Source: Hydrolagus affinis | Lineage: Eukaryota | DNA: 64,000 nucleotides | NCBI GenBank assembly: GCA_012026655.1 | Contig: JAAILG010001240.1 | Location: 1-64,000, forward strand | Direction of reading: 5' to 3' | Shown: piece after piece, positions 47,827 through 60,210 of the stretch | Layout: every line of letters starts with the position of its first letter | Position numbering within the stretch: position 1 is the first letter of the stretch | Notes under the pieces: generated by a model | The model's database searches: none | Told to the model about the DNA's origin: nothing | What the model saw: only the letters and a program-made list of their open reading frames with translations | Program-made: the position numbers and the translations under genes

Positions 47827-49264
47827 TAAATAAATAAATAACAATGAATACTTTCAATTTATACAACAACAAAATTATACTTGTATAGCGCGACAGTATG
47901 TAGGAGCGAAAACAGTAATACCATACCTTCCTAGAAACACAAACCTTCAATTATCTTCAATCAATTTACATTATTTGTGATCATACCACATTTATATTTT
48001 TTTAAAATTGTTCCTGTTAAATGTATTAAATATATATATTTATAGTAAAATATATGATGGTATTGAGAGATGGCTCCTGAAAACTAAAAGCCCTGGCTGA
48101 TCTGAAATAACCCCCATTTGTAGATTATGCATATCACTTCTATGAAGGATCTGCATGTGGGGCTTCATCCTACCAAAATCTCTGATGGGAGTAAATAACT
48201 CACTGCCCATTCTTTCCAATAGGTTATGTACAGTCAACTCTATTAATGGACTCCACCTACAACAATCAGCCTCACGTGGAAAAAACATGTGTACTGTATA
48301 TACACTCAGTTGCATTCAGGCCAAAAGATCACTTTTGGCAAGGTCATTCGCTATGGTCAAATGTCTTCCAAACTCAAATAACAATGATCAATAAAAGTAA
48401 ATGTACTACTCTTGCCGCTGAAGTCAGGTAATGTTTATACCATGTTTTTAATGACTTAGATAGACCAGGTTGATTAGAAGTTGGTGTACTTAGACAGTGG
48501 TAGTACATACTATAGAATACTTTTATGTAATAATCAATAAAACCTTGTACTGTATCTTATCAAAAAGTCTCAAGGAGCTTCACATTAATAAAAATTATAT
48601 AATATATATATATAACTCATTGAAAATTTTGATACGGAAGTGTCTACACACAGCCAAGATATGATACACCATTTTAGTGGGAGGATTGTTGACAAGGACA
48701 TCTCTTGTTGACAAGGACATCTAACGTTCTCTTTGCAAACAGTGTCATGGATTCTTCAACATCCATGTGAAGATCCATATATACTTAATTATTGTTATCA
48801 AAATATTTCTTGCATTTGATTAAGGGCCTATAAACCAAACTATCTCAAACGTTTCACAGGGAATTACAGTCAGTTGTAGTGAGAGTCACCTCCCCACTCC
48901 GTTTGGCTCGTTGTCAAACTCTGCGACTGTGAAGCACTCTGGAACGCTACCCTGCACCTGCATGAAGAGCGCTATATAAATGCAAGTTGTTATTACATGC
49001 ATTTGTAGAATGTGGCAGTTAATTTCTGCACAATGTCCAACAAATATCCATTTATATAGTGAATGACCAATTTTATCTGAAATATTGTTGGCCAGGAGAA
49101 ACTCCCTGCTATTTCGCGCAGTGTCATTGTTCAGTCTAGATGTATCTTTGAAGCAGAATACAATATCAGTGTTGTATGTAGAGAGCTAGTACATGTCATG
49201 TTTCCACAGATCAGTCCTAAAAGTCAGGGAGAAAAGCTTTTCACAAAGCATTTAGGTTTATAGC

Positions 49265-49750
49265 TAGAAACATAGTAATTTATGCAACATTGCCATTTGG
49301 CCAATCATGTTTGTGCTGGCCCTTTTAAAGAGCAACCAGTTTCATTTACCTGCCCTTTCCCCATCTGCCTGTCAGTTACTCCTTTATATCTGTGACGTTC
49401 CCTTCTAAAAAGTAATATAGATTCTGACTCAATCACCACTCTTGGCAGGTCATTCCATATGCAAACAACTCTTGTACTTGAAAAAAATTCCCTTAATCTC
49501 CCCATGACTAACTTTCTTAAATTGATGCCCTCTAGTTACTGATTCACAGACTAATGAAAATTATTTCTTATTGACTTAAAAACCCTTATAATTGAAAAGA
49601 TTTCTATCAAACCCCTCAATCTTCTTTGTTCCAGTGGAACACTTCCTCCACACTCTGCTCATTGGCCAAACCATTAATCCCCATATCACCCTAGTAACTT
49701 TCCTGCAAAGCTCATCGACGGCTTTGGCGCTTCAACATCTTTCCGAAAGT
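49265..49750 (-). mobile_element. Older CR1 LINE 3' fragment
   Basis: LREFFSSTRVVCIWNDLP remnant. Confidence 0.6.
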
Positions 49751-49756
49751 GAGGTA

Positions 49757-49959
49757 CAGTAAAATCCTGTTTATCCGTGACCCGATCAACCGTAACTTCC
49801 GTATAACCAGCACCTCAAAAAAAATGTCTGCATTTGATTAACCGGAATTTATCCGGAAAAATGCATTTTTTTTGTGTGTGTTTTCGGCCGAATATCCAGC
49901 GCGCGCTTTAACCGGCATTGATCAGGTCCCAAGGGTGCCGGATAAACGGGCTTTTACTG
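49757..49959 (+). mobile_element. Tigger-like MITE (family copy 2)
   Basis: TA|cagtaaaatcctgtttatccg ... cggataaacgggcttttactg|TA: ~21-bp TIRs and TA TSD. Confidence 0.85.
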
Positions 49960-50339
49960 TAATTAAAACTGGCAAAACTGGACAGAATATAATTATAAAA
50001 CCTTTCAAAAGGGAACTAGATAGCTAAAAGGGAATACATTTCCATAGACTTAATGATGATGATGCCTAGAGATAGACTGTAGGGCGAAAGCTTGGGCAAG
50101 TTTCTTTAATCCACACACAGGCCTGATAATAATCCTGCACCCATCAAAACTATAATAACTTGGTCACTCAAATATCAAATGGAAGGATTATATTATTATT
50201 ATTTGTGGGTGAATGTGGCAGTCAATTTGTATACAGGAATGTCACACAAACAATTATGAAGTGAATAACTTTTTTATTGCTGGTCAAGAAGAAACTGCCT
50301 TCTCTTTTCAAATAATACTATGGGATCTTTACTATCTGT

Positions 50340-51285
50340 GATCAGGGCTTTCTCTGTATCCTTGACCTCTCTGCTGTCTTCGACACTATCGACCACTCCA
50401 TCGTCCTACACCGCCTCTCCTCCCTGCTCAATCTTCATGGACCTGCCATCGCCTAGTTTGACTCTTATCTTTCTCACTGTCTCCACTTTGTCACCACCAC
50501 CTCCAGACCACGCACTGTCACCTGTGGCATCCCCCAGGCTCTATCCTTGGCCCCCTACTTTTCAATATCTACATGCTCCCACTTGGCGACATCATCTGCA
50601 GACATGGGGTCAACTTCTACATGTATGCAGATGACACCCAACTCTATCTTTCTGCTTCTACCCTCGATTCCAGGACCATTGCTGTCCTGACAGCCTGCCT
50701 ATCAGAGATCAAGTCCTGGATGAGAGCTAACTTTCTACGGTTGAATGTAAACGAGACTGATCTCTCGTGCCAGCGATTTCACATCATGCACTGGCAGCAT
50801 CAACCTCCCTGGTTGCACAATCCACTCACCAAGCCAGACAGGAACTTACAATAATAATAATACTTTAGGTGTCTTGTTCGATCCTCAACTGTCTTTCCTT
50901 CCCCACATCCAAACCATGACCCGCTTTGTCTTTCGTCACTCCATAACATAGTCCAACTCCGCAAATACCACACCCCTCAGGCCGTTGAAACTTTCATTCA
51001 TGCCTTCATCACACCCTGCAGGCGAGCCTTCAGCCACTCTGCCCCCAATCTCTGGAACTCCATCCCGCAGTCCCTCTGCCTCACCCCCAACCAGCCTTCT
51101 TCAAGTCCCACCTCAAGATCCTCCTCTTCGACAATCCTATCAGTCACCTCAAATCCCCTCCTTTCCCTCCACCCTCCTCAATCCCGACTCCAGCTTGGGT
51201 CTGAAACATAAGCTGTCCAGAGCCTTGGAATATCCTCCCGATGTGAATATAAAGGCATTATATAAATGTAATTTTGTTGTTGTTT
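50340..51285 (+). mobile_element. Decayed L2 LINE (RT domain + 3' end)
   Basis: MLPLGDIICRHGVNFYMYADDTQLYLS...IKSWMRANFLRLN (L2 RT YADD motif). Confidence 0.85.
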
Positions 51286-51703
51286 AACATCAATCTGGAC
51301 AGGTAAATGAAATCTTGGTTTAAACACTCACCCAACACGACAGACCTCCAGAATTTTGAGTGTTCCCTGAAAACTGCATTGAACTACATTTTGATCCTCT
51401 CAAAAATGGCAATTCATTATATGTCAGCTTGGACATTGAATGTAAATGGTTATGTAAAGTGGAGAGTCTCACAGTCAAGTCCAATTCTTTTTGTCGTATT
51501 AACATATACTTTTTACACTTTCCAACCGAGATCATTGAAAGGACATTAAGGAGAAAGAGGTTGGTTTGGTTTTCCACTTCCCTACCTCGGAAGGCAGAGG
51601 TCAAATATAACAATCTTACTGAGATTAGCTACATCAGACAACCTAGAGATCAACTTTTCATTTTTAATGTTTCTTACGTAACATCATTAAGCTAAGCTTT
51701 ACA

Positions 51704-52090
51704 AGTCCTGTAGCTTGGTGGTTCGAGCATTCGCCTGGCAAGCAAGAGGACTTCGGTTTGATTCCCCGGCAGAGTGAAACTAATTGGGCAAAATTCCTAA
51801 TTGCACAAGGTTCTGTTCATCTAGCAGCGAGTAGGATCGCTGTTAGTCGATTGGCAGATCACTTTTCAGAGGGTAATAATTCCTTCAAAATAGTAAATAA
51901 ATAATAAGTTGGTCATTCAATCCACGACTGTTTGTGGGACACCGCTGTGCGCAAATGGCTGCCTTGTTTCGCCCACAACATACTGCCAATTCACTCTATA
52001 GTATATTCTGTGAGACACATTGAGACGCCTCGAAGACGTGATAAGGTCGAAGACGTGATTACATCAAATGCAAGGAATATTACTATTATT
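51704..52090 (+). mobile_element. Deu-domain SINE (long variant)
   Basis: A/B-box head, extra internal segment, core, tail. Confidence 0.8.
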
Positions 52091-52350
52091 ACCCCAGGTT
52101 TTATCCAGACTTAGTACAGTACCATGTCATGGAATTTTGAAAAACACACACAAGATGTGTCCCGACTCAAATGAACCTCAGTGGAAAAGAAATTAGCCTT
52201 TCTACCACGGCACGAAAATGTAATTTTAATTCTAATACTTTCACAGACCTGCAAGTTTGTACTGTTCGTGGTAGAAACACCCATTTGTGATTTGAACTGT
52301 AGGGTGCCAGTCCCACATTAATGACGGCTCTGCCCAGCCAGGTGATAGCC

Positions 52351-52474
52351 CTGCCTGCCCTGCCCGGTGGGGGTATGCTGCCTGCCCTGCCCGGTGGGGG
52401 TATACTGCCTGCCCTGCCCGGTGGGGGTATACTGCCTGCCCTGCCCGGTGGGGGTATGCTGCCTGCCCTGCCCG
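52351..52474. repeat. 27-bp minisatellite, 4.6 copies, start of MANBA intron 1
   Basis: Unit ctgcctgccctgcccggtgggggtat(g/a) repeated four times plus a partial copy. Confidence 0.95.
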
Positions 52475-52479
52475 ATGCC

Positions 52480-52890
52480 ACTCAGCGCCGCGCTCACGCA
52501 CCTGGATGAGCCGCTGTTGGAGCAGGGCGCTGTGCACATTGCCGGGTACCGTGGCGCCGCTCAGGCCCAGGCTGCCATTGCCATTGCGGATGTGCCAGCC
52601 CTGCCCCCGCAGGCTGTACCCGCACAGCCCGAGGCCGGGCGACGCCGACATGAACAGCCCGAGAAACCACAACAACCGAGCGACCATACTCAATTCCCCG
52701 CCGCGCCTGCGCACAGCCTCTAGTCCGCAACCGCCACTGCGCGTGCCAGCGGCCGGCAGAATCGCGCTTGCGCACAGCAACAGCGGCCGGCCAGACTACG
52801 CCTGCGCACAGCCCCCACCAACCAGATGGGGTTGACGCCCCATTGGGCGGGTTTGTGCTGTTAGTGCGTTAAAATAACTTTGGGCGGGTT
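52480..52890 (-). promoter_or_regulatory. MANBA CpG-island promoter with three NRF1-like sites, CCAAT box and two GC boxes
   Basis: CpG-dense. cgcgcctgcgca 52702-52713, cgcgcttgcgca 52763-52774, acgcctgcgca 52798-52808; CCAAT (minus strand) 52842-52846; GGGCGG 52845-52850 and 52882-52887. Confidence 0.75.
52502..52687 (-). CDS. MANBA: MANBA exon 1 (signal peptide + N-terminus)
   Basis: ATG at 52687; MVARLLWFLGLFMSASPGLGLCGYSLRGQGWHIRNGNGSLGLSGATVPGNVHSALLQQRLIQ|gtgcgt donor; lies in a CpG island. Confidence 0.9.
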
Positions 52891-53497
52891 TACAAAAATA
52901 TATACGGTACTGTATATTCTTTTAATGTAAACCTGTAAAACTTTGTTTGTTTGTTTCCCTCCCCCCCCCCCACCCTTTGAAAGCCCCGAGCCACCTCAGC
53001 CACCCTGCAGCCGACACGGTGTATTGGGCAAAAGCAGAAATGACTGGGAGCACTCAGCAGGTCAGGCAGCATCTATGGAGAGACGTTATATTGGGCTACT
53101 TTTGGGGCTGGTGTTTGGTTGGACATTGGGCTATTTATACACCTCTCTGTCTGTGTCTCCTCTGGAGGGCAGAAGGGTGTCTGTCGCTCTGAGACGGGAG
53201 GCGCTCTGAGACGCCGTCCGGCGTGGAGGGAGCTATATTGCTTCCATTTGCCGTCAACCCTCTCCTGCAGACGGGGGTCCCCACTGAGAGGCGTGGGAGG
53301 AGCGAGTGAGCAAACGCACAGCAGATCAACATCAGAGACATGGAGAGGGAGGGGGCACAAACAGGGGAACAAAATAACACTGCAATAAATTACACCAGGA
53401 AGGGGCAAAACACAACTACAAGGGTCTCTTACAGCACGCCACTGGGAGGACGAGCTAATGTAGTTTAGTGAGAATGGAAATAATGGGGAACAATATA

Positions 53498-53703
53498 CAG
53501 TAAAAGCCCATTTATCCAGCACGCTCGGGACCGGACCAAAGCTGGTTAAGGCACTTGCCGATATTTGGCCGAAAATGCAAAAAAAATATTTAAATGCATT
53601 TTTCCAGATAAATTCTGGTTAATTGAATGTGGACCTTTTCTTTGCGATGCCGGTTATACAGAAGTTACGGTTGATTGGGTGCCAGATAAACGGGCTTTTA
53701 CTG
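53498..53703 (-). mobile_element. Tigger-like MITE (family copy 3, inverted)
   Basis: TA|cagtaaaagcccatttatcc ... gataaacgggcttttactg; interior is the reverse complement of copies 1 and 2. Confidence 0.8.
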
Positions 53704-55299
53704 TCCCCTGTGAAATACTTTGAAACATAAGTTACTATATCAAATGCAAGGATTATTATTATTATATTAGAGACTAGAGAAACTGGTTTTGGGGGTTTGG
53801 AGCTTTTGAAGGCATTCAACTGGAGCAGAGATTGAATCTAACATATCAAGGTATCCATCTCTTGTTTTTGAGTTATTTTCCATACATCAAAAGAATTCCT
53901 AGATTGTTTTGACTCTTTCCATAAGATTGGATCCAGATTTCATTCACTCACTGGTGGATCAATGAATTGTTTTCAGAGTGGGAGCTTCACATTTTTAAAT
54001 GTTTGTTGGAATTATAATTTCTTGCAACAACATGGTGATAAAAGAATACATAAATCAGCTTGCATATCCTGCTATACCCACTGAGGAATACTTTTCAAAG
54101 AGCAGCTTTGAATGTTTTTTTGTTCCACAATTTGAAAAGTTATCAACACTTTCATACAGGTTAGAAATTAAGTGCCATTTGTCTTGTTACATTTTCCAAG
54201 CACATTTTTCAATTCATGAAAAGTTCTAAATTTATATTTTAGATAGTTATCAAGAGCAAAACGTGGCTCTAAAGGTTCTGTGCTATTATGGTTCTAGAGA
54301 AAGAATGAACATTAAATAGAAATAATTTCTCTGCCCCTAGATGAATTAAATGTCTTGTTCCACATTGCTAGTTGTTGACTGGTCTATTGATCAATCAGCA
54401 ATATCAGATTTGGAGCAGATCAATAAAAGCCAGGAAATATTTCCTTCCTTTGAGGAATATTTTTATATCAGTCTATTAGTAGTCCTCACTGTGCTTTAAT
54501 GCAGAGTAAATTAGCCATGCATTTTGGGAAAAATAGTGGTAGTACAATAAGAGAATCAGTGATCCTCACTAATTGGAACCAATCACTTTATAAATACCAA
54601 AATAGAATGCGACTGTCCTGAATCTAGGATAGAAAACTTACCTTGTGATTCGTACTCGCGTACAATGACTCCATGGCCTGGCATCTCCATACCAAATCTG
54701 ATCACATCCCTTCTCCCCATCCTGCTTCATTAAGCTGGATCCGTCCTCCTGCATATCTGTCAACCTCTCCGCTCCACTGTCGGCAGCTATGCCTTCAGCC
54801 ATTACTTCCAAATAAATGGAACTCTGCCTCAATCTCTCCACCATAAGGAAGTTGGGCATAATTCCTGGACAGAATGTAAATTGGTTGCTCAGTCCACTAT
54901 TGTTTGTGGGACACTGTTGTGTGCATTAGGCTGCCGCATCTTGACCACAAAACATAGTCAGTTTCACTTTACAGTATGTTCTGCAAAACGCATTAAGACA
55001 TCTTGATGTGATAAGGCTATACATCAACTGCAAGGACTATTATTGTTAACATGGTTACACTTGCTGTACCTTTGATGTAATACTACACAACTTGCATATT
55101 TCTATGGGCATTCCAAATATTTTATAACTTTGAAAATAACTTTGGCTCATCAGATGCCTCACTTAACCTCTTTACAAAAAACTAGTCCTATGGCAAAGTT
55201 TAATAGAAAGATTTGAAGGTGGTGCATCGCATTTAAAATGTACTCAAATTAGCATGTCATGCTTTAAAAAATACATTTATAACTGCTATTTGGACTTGT

Positions 55300-55592
55300 G
55301 GAGTCCTGTAGCTCAGTGGATAGAGCACCCGCCTTACAAGCGAGAAATCTGGGTTCATTTCCCAGCCAGGGTGAAACATTGGGCAAGTTTCCATACTTCA
55401 CACAGCTGATAATAATCCCTCAAAAAAAATTGGTCATTTCAATCCACAGCTGTTTGTGGGACACTGCTGTGCGTATTTGGCTGCCGCATTTCGCCCATAA
55501 TCAATTCACTTTGCAGTATATTCTGTGAAGTGCTTTGAGACATTGATAAGATGTGAAAAGCGCTATATCAAATCCAAGGATTATTATTATTA
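55300..55592 (+). mobile_element. Full-length Deu-domain SINE
   Basis: ggagtcctgtagctcagtgg head, core, (TTA)n tail. Confidence 0.88.
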
Positions 55593-57782
55593 TTTAAAGT
55601 GTGAATATACAGAGCGCAATACCAAATGCAAATATTATTATTATTTCCCCACTCATCCATTTTAAATAAGTGGGGTTTCCTTGGAGGCAAACTGACATGC
55701 CTGAATATTAATTCATTGTCCTCTCTCCATGGATGCTGCCTGACCTGCTGTGTTTCCAATGGCTTGTGTTTATATCAGATTTTCAGCATGTCCAATACTG
55801 TACCTTTTGTTTAAAATGTACAGACAAATCATTTTACAGTATATTTCATGAAGCACTTTGAGATATCTTGAAGATATGATAAGGCTCTATTTCAATGCGG
55901 GGATTATTATTATGTAGCAGCTTTTTTGCAGAAAAAGTTAAAAAGTTGAATTGGATCGTCTCCAGAAAGCAGAAAAAACGTCCTCCGCTTTTCAAATAGT
56001 ACACAAAATATATAGTGAGCCAGAGTACAGATTTCACTATCTTAATAAATATTTTTAGAATATCATTTTTCTGATATTGATGTAAAGTTGTATATGGTGA
56101 ACAGCAAGCATAAGTCAAATTATTCCACTTAAAAATAATCACTTCATTATTTAGAGAATTCCTGGTGTAAACCTACATCAAAACCAGTCATCACGCTTTT
56201 CTAAAAACAGGAAGCTTGAATATAATGAAAATTAAAGAACAATTTTGCTTATCATTTCTAGAACCAGAATTTTGGAAGTTTTTTTAAAATTAGTTTAAAT
56301 GATTTCCTTAACAAAAAAGTGGGAAAGGTTTAAACTGAGGAAGAAAAGTCAAGGAGCAAATTCATAATTTTGTGGTTAATAGTAAAACTATTACAAATGT
56401 AGTTCCTAAATCAGAACTGTAATTTTCAAAGTTAAAAGTATTTGTAATGCCCAATTACACTGATACTACTGCTTTGTGCCAATAGAAATGATTATCTCAT
56501 TCTATAATTTAGCCAATATTTATGTGCTAATTAACCAGAAGTTTGTTTCACAACACTAATATTCAGATATAATTGGACATCAATCCAAGTCTCCAGTTTC
56601 AATTAGATGGCTAGTTGGCATTATAAATAACACAACCATTCAAATGTTACAACATCATAAAAAGAGCAATCTATCCAAGGACTACTTTACTACATATATG
56701 TTCCTCTAAACTTCAATACAGTTATACTGTACCCTGTAAGGTATTTAATTTAAGAGCAATCTTCAAATCCAGGCAAATATTGCTAATTCTACTCACAAGA
56801 GATGGCCTTTCAGAGCATCATTCATCAGTTTATGTGTAGTTTGCAAAACTCAACCACCCTTTCAGGTGACATTAGTACATCTAAATGGTCTGACTTTCTC
56901 GCCTTGCTGTCTATATCTGAAAGCACCAATTGGTGTCAGATTTCTCATTAAACATCTCGACTTTTTTTTCGAAGAGGCACAGCTTATCTACGTAATCATT
57001 ATGAAGTCCTCTGAGCACATTGGGAGATTAGACTACTTCCTTCCCTATGTACTGCTGCTAAGATCACAACAGCTTTGATGACAAACCATTCAGTCTTCCA
57101 TTTCCAGCATACCAACTTTTTCTCCTGCATTACATCCCCTGGGTCTCTACACCCGTTCTGGTAATGTTCACGCTGTTGAAGGCCTGGGTGCCTCATAATT
57201 TTATGCAGTACTCCAGGTGCATCCTGATCAATTTAATAAGGGCCTCCAAGACTTTGGGCAGAGGTACGAATTCTGAATACAATTCTGCAGTAAGTGTAGT
57301 CCAGAATTCTAATTACCACTTTTTCCACCTCACGTGGACTTGGTCAGAAAGTAACACCTGTAACATTTTCAATTCTCTCTTTGAAAATTTCTATCCTACC
57401 CATGTATGGCCACTACTGAAATAATCATCACTTGCATTTACATAACTCAGATCAGAAAGGATAGAGACATGCAGTGCTCAACAGTGGCTGCACTCATCAG
57501 GCAAGAGCGAGAGGTGTCGGTAGGCACTTATACTTTATGCTGAGTAGGTTTATACTGTACAACCATTCCCCATAGCTCATCCCTCAGGATCAATGCAGTC
57601 CCTAAATTCTACTGTAAAAATTATGTACACAATGGTTCAGTGCTTTGGATTTAATAATGTGGTCATCAAACCACTTTCCTGTTTTATTATTGCTTTACCG
57701 TTTGAACGGTGAATTTGAATGGTGAGCCACTTCCAACGTATTCTTTGGCAAATTCTATCCCACTTTAGAATCAACTTCTCTA

Positions 57783-58372
57783 CAACAACAACAACTTTGA
57801 TTTATATAGCGCCCTCCACGCCAGATGGCGTCTCAGAGCGCTTCACGATAGCGGATCCCGGGACCGAGCCAGGGGCAGAAAGGTGACCAAAAGCGAGGTC
57901 GAAGAGAAAGATCTTCAACTGTGACCTGAAACTGGGAACAGAGGGGGGGCAAGGCGAAGGGAGTGAGGAAGGGAGTTCCAGAGCCTCGGGGAGTAATGGC
58001 TGAAGGCACAGCCGCCGAGGGTGAAGAGGAGGATTCAGGGGACATGGAGGAGGCCAGACCCAGAGGAGCGAAGGCAGCGGATGCTGGGTTGGGGGGAGAG
58101 GTCAGAGAGATAGGGGGGTGCAGAGGAGTGGAGGGATTTGAAATCAAGGGTGAGGATCTTAAAGTCGATCCTCTCTGGGATAGGGAGCCAGTGAAGTCTG
58201 GCAAGGACTGGGGTAATGGGGGAGCGAAGCTTAGAGCGGGTGAGTATGCAGGCGGCTGAGTTTTGGATTAGCTGGATTTTGTGGATTGTGGTGGTGGGTA
58301 GACAAGAGAGGAGGGCGTTGCAATAGTCCAGCCTAGAGGTGACCAAGGCATGGACCAAGGTTTCAGCAGCTC
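57783..58372 (-). mobile_element. L2 LINE 3' end (well preserved)
   Basis: [55 protein letters not shown]; (CAA)n tail. Confidence 0.9.
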
Positions 58373-59390
58373 TAGTGCCTTAGGGTCACTTTTCAAAGTC
58401 TAGGTACACCACACAAAAAGATCATCTGAAGTTTCCATACAGGAATTCTCTCATTTTGTTCCAAATCCAATTGGACAAATCATTTTTTTTTAATCATCTA
58501 AGCCAGGCTAATGGGTCTTTGAATACTAAATCTATAGAAAATGCAAACTCTGCATTACCACAAAAGGGTTGAATCAGAAAGCACATAAGAATGGTTTCTG
58601 CAAGGATCAGGAATAATTCATAAATGCCATAAACTGATACAAGCTGAATGGTACTATAAAAAAAGGAAACAGTTGTGTGGTGCACAAGTTCAGGATCCAA
58701 GACACTTTCCTCTATGTCAGATATCTCTGCCAAAACATTAAGTAAATACTGTGGCATAGTAACAAGGAATAATTTGGTCTGGAAAGTCATAATGCTATAT
58801 GCTCAAATGCTTTGAAGATAATCAAATTATGTTGCCCTCTCTAAAAGATCATAAAAATATTAAGTACTACAAACTATGAATTCAGTTGATCTGTAAGCCT
58901 TCGAGTGAATTGTGGTATTGCCCAAGTTTATATATTGTATTCTCTTCTCTATATCCAACATACAGCTAACAGTTTTTCAACCCCTCAATAAAACGTCTGA
59001 GAATTATATAAGGTTTAGAAGTCACGGTTCGCAAATTCTACATATGAATTGTAAATTTTAATATACCATAGTCTACATGCAAATAGCATACCAAAGTTTG
59101 AAATAGTTAATACAAGTATCATGATCTTTTTTCTATCCATTTAAAAATAAGGGACTTCTTTGGTTAAGAAAATTCAGCTCAACCATATCTTCTGACTTCC
59201 AATAACTGAATATTTAAAAGTAGTCGAAAAGAAAGCTATTGTGGAAACCAGTGACAATCCCACCAACAATAGCTTAAAGCAGCAATAGCAGTTTGCATCC
59301 TACAAATAAATTTAAATATTACAACAAAAATACATTTGTATAGCGCCTTTCATTTCGGGAGCACATCCCAAGGTGCTGGAAGTTCCACTT

Positions 59391-60210
59391 AAGAACATAC
59401 ATAAGAATATAAGAATTAGGAGCAGGAGTAAGCCATTCGGCCTCTCGAGCGTACCCCGCTATTCAATAAGATCATGGCTGATCTTCTATTCTAACTCCAC
59501 CTACCTGCCTTATCCCCATATCCCTTAATCCATTTATCTACAACAAATCTATCAATCTAAGTTTTGAATATGTTCAAGGATTGAGCATCCACAGCCTTTG
59601 GAGTAGAGAATTCCATAAATTCACTACCCTCTGACTGAAGAAGTTTTTCCTCAACTCAGTCCGAAAGGGCTGACCCCTAATTTTAAGACTGTGACCCCTG
59701 GTTATAGTTTCTCCAACCAGGGGAAACAGTCTCCCACTATCTACTCTGTCGTGCCCCTTAATAGTCATAGGTTTCTATAAGATCACCTCCGATTCTTCTA
59801 TATTCCAGAGAATATAGGCCTAGATTGCTCAACCTATCCTCATAACTCATCCCATGTACCAACCTAGTGAATCTACATTGTACCCCCTGCAAGGCAAGTA
59901 CATCCTTTCTTAAATAAGGAGACCAAAACTGCACACAATATTCTAGGTGCAGTCTAACCAGGGCCCTAAACAGTTGCAGCAAGACTTCCCTTATCTTAAA
60001 TTCTAACCCTTTGTAACGAACGCCAACATACCGTTAGCCTCCTAGTTGCTTGCTGTACCTGCAAACTTAATTTTTTGTGACTGTTGTACATGGACACCCA
60101 AGTCCCTCTAAACACTAACACTATCTAGTCTCTCCCCTTCTAAAAAAAAATCTGCTCTACTGTTTTTACCACCTAGGTGGATGACTTCACAAGTCTCTAC
60201 ATTATACTTC
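59391..60210 (-). mobile_element. CR1 LINE 3' end (~820 bp)
   Basis: Closely similar to 39574-40418; LVRLHLEYCVQFWSPYLRKDV, RKNFFSQRVVNLWNSL. Confidence 0.9.

Larger units (their letters stand above)
4996..52687 (-). other. MANBA: Beta-mannosidase gene span (17 coding exons, 2652 nt CDS, 883 aa, glycoside hydrolase family 2)
   Basis: 17 exons assembled by eye with GT-AG boundaries and consistent phase. GH2 motifs [32 protein letters not shown] (acid/base), SEYG (nucleophile) and YWQLNDIW are present. Confidence 0.97.

Noticed and set aside
52167-52539. Repetitive-peptide ORFs (GRAGSIPPP)n, (LPALPGGG)n, (CLPCPVGV)n
   Set aside because: Translations of the 27-bp minisatellite; not a CRISPR array either, as there are no unique spacers.
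52688-52780. 31-codon in-frame extension upstream of the MANBA ATG (ORF 52241-52780)
   Set aside because: It has no upstream ATG, overlaps promoter motifs, and open frames are expected in GC-rich DNA; the ATG at 52687 gives a proper signal peptide.
57815-57832. CTCF-like ccacgccagatggcg
   Set aside because: Weak match inside an L2 tail.
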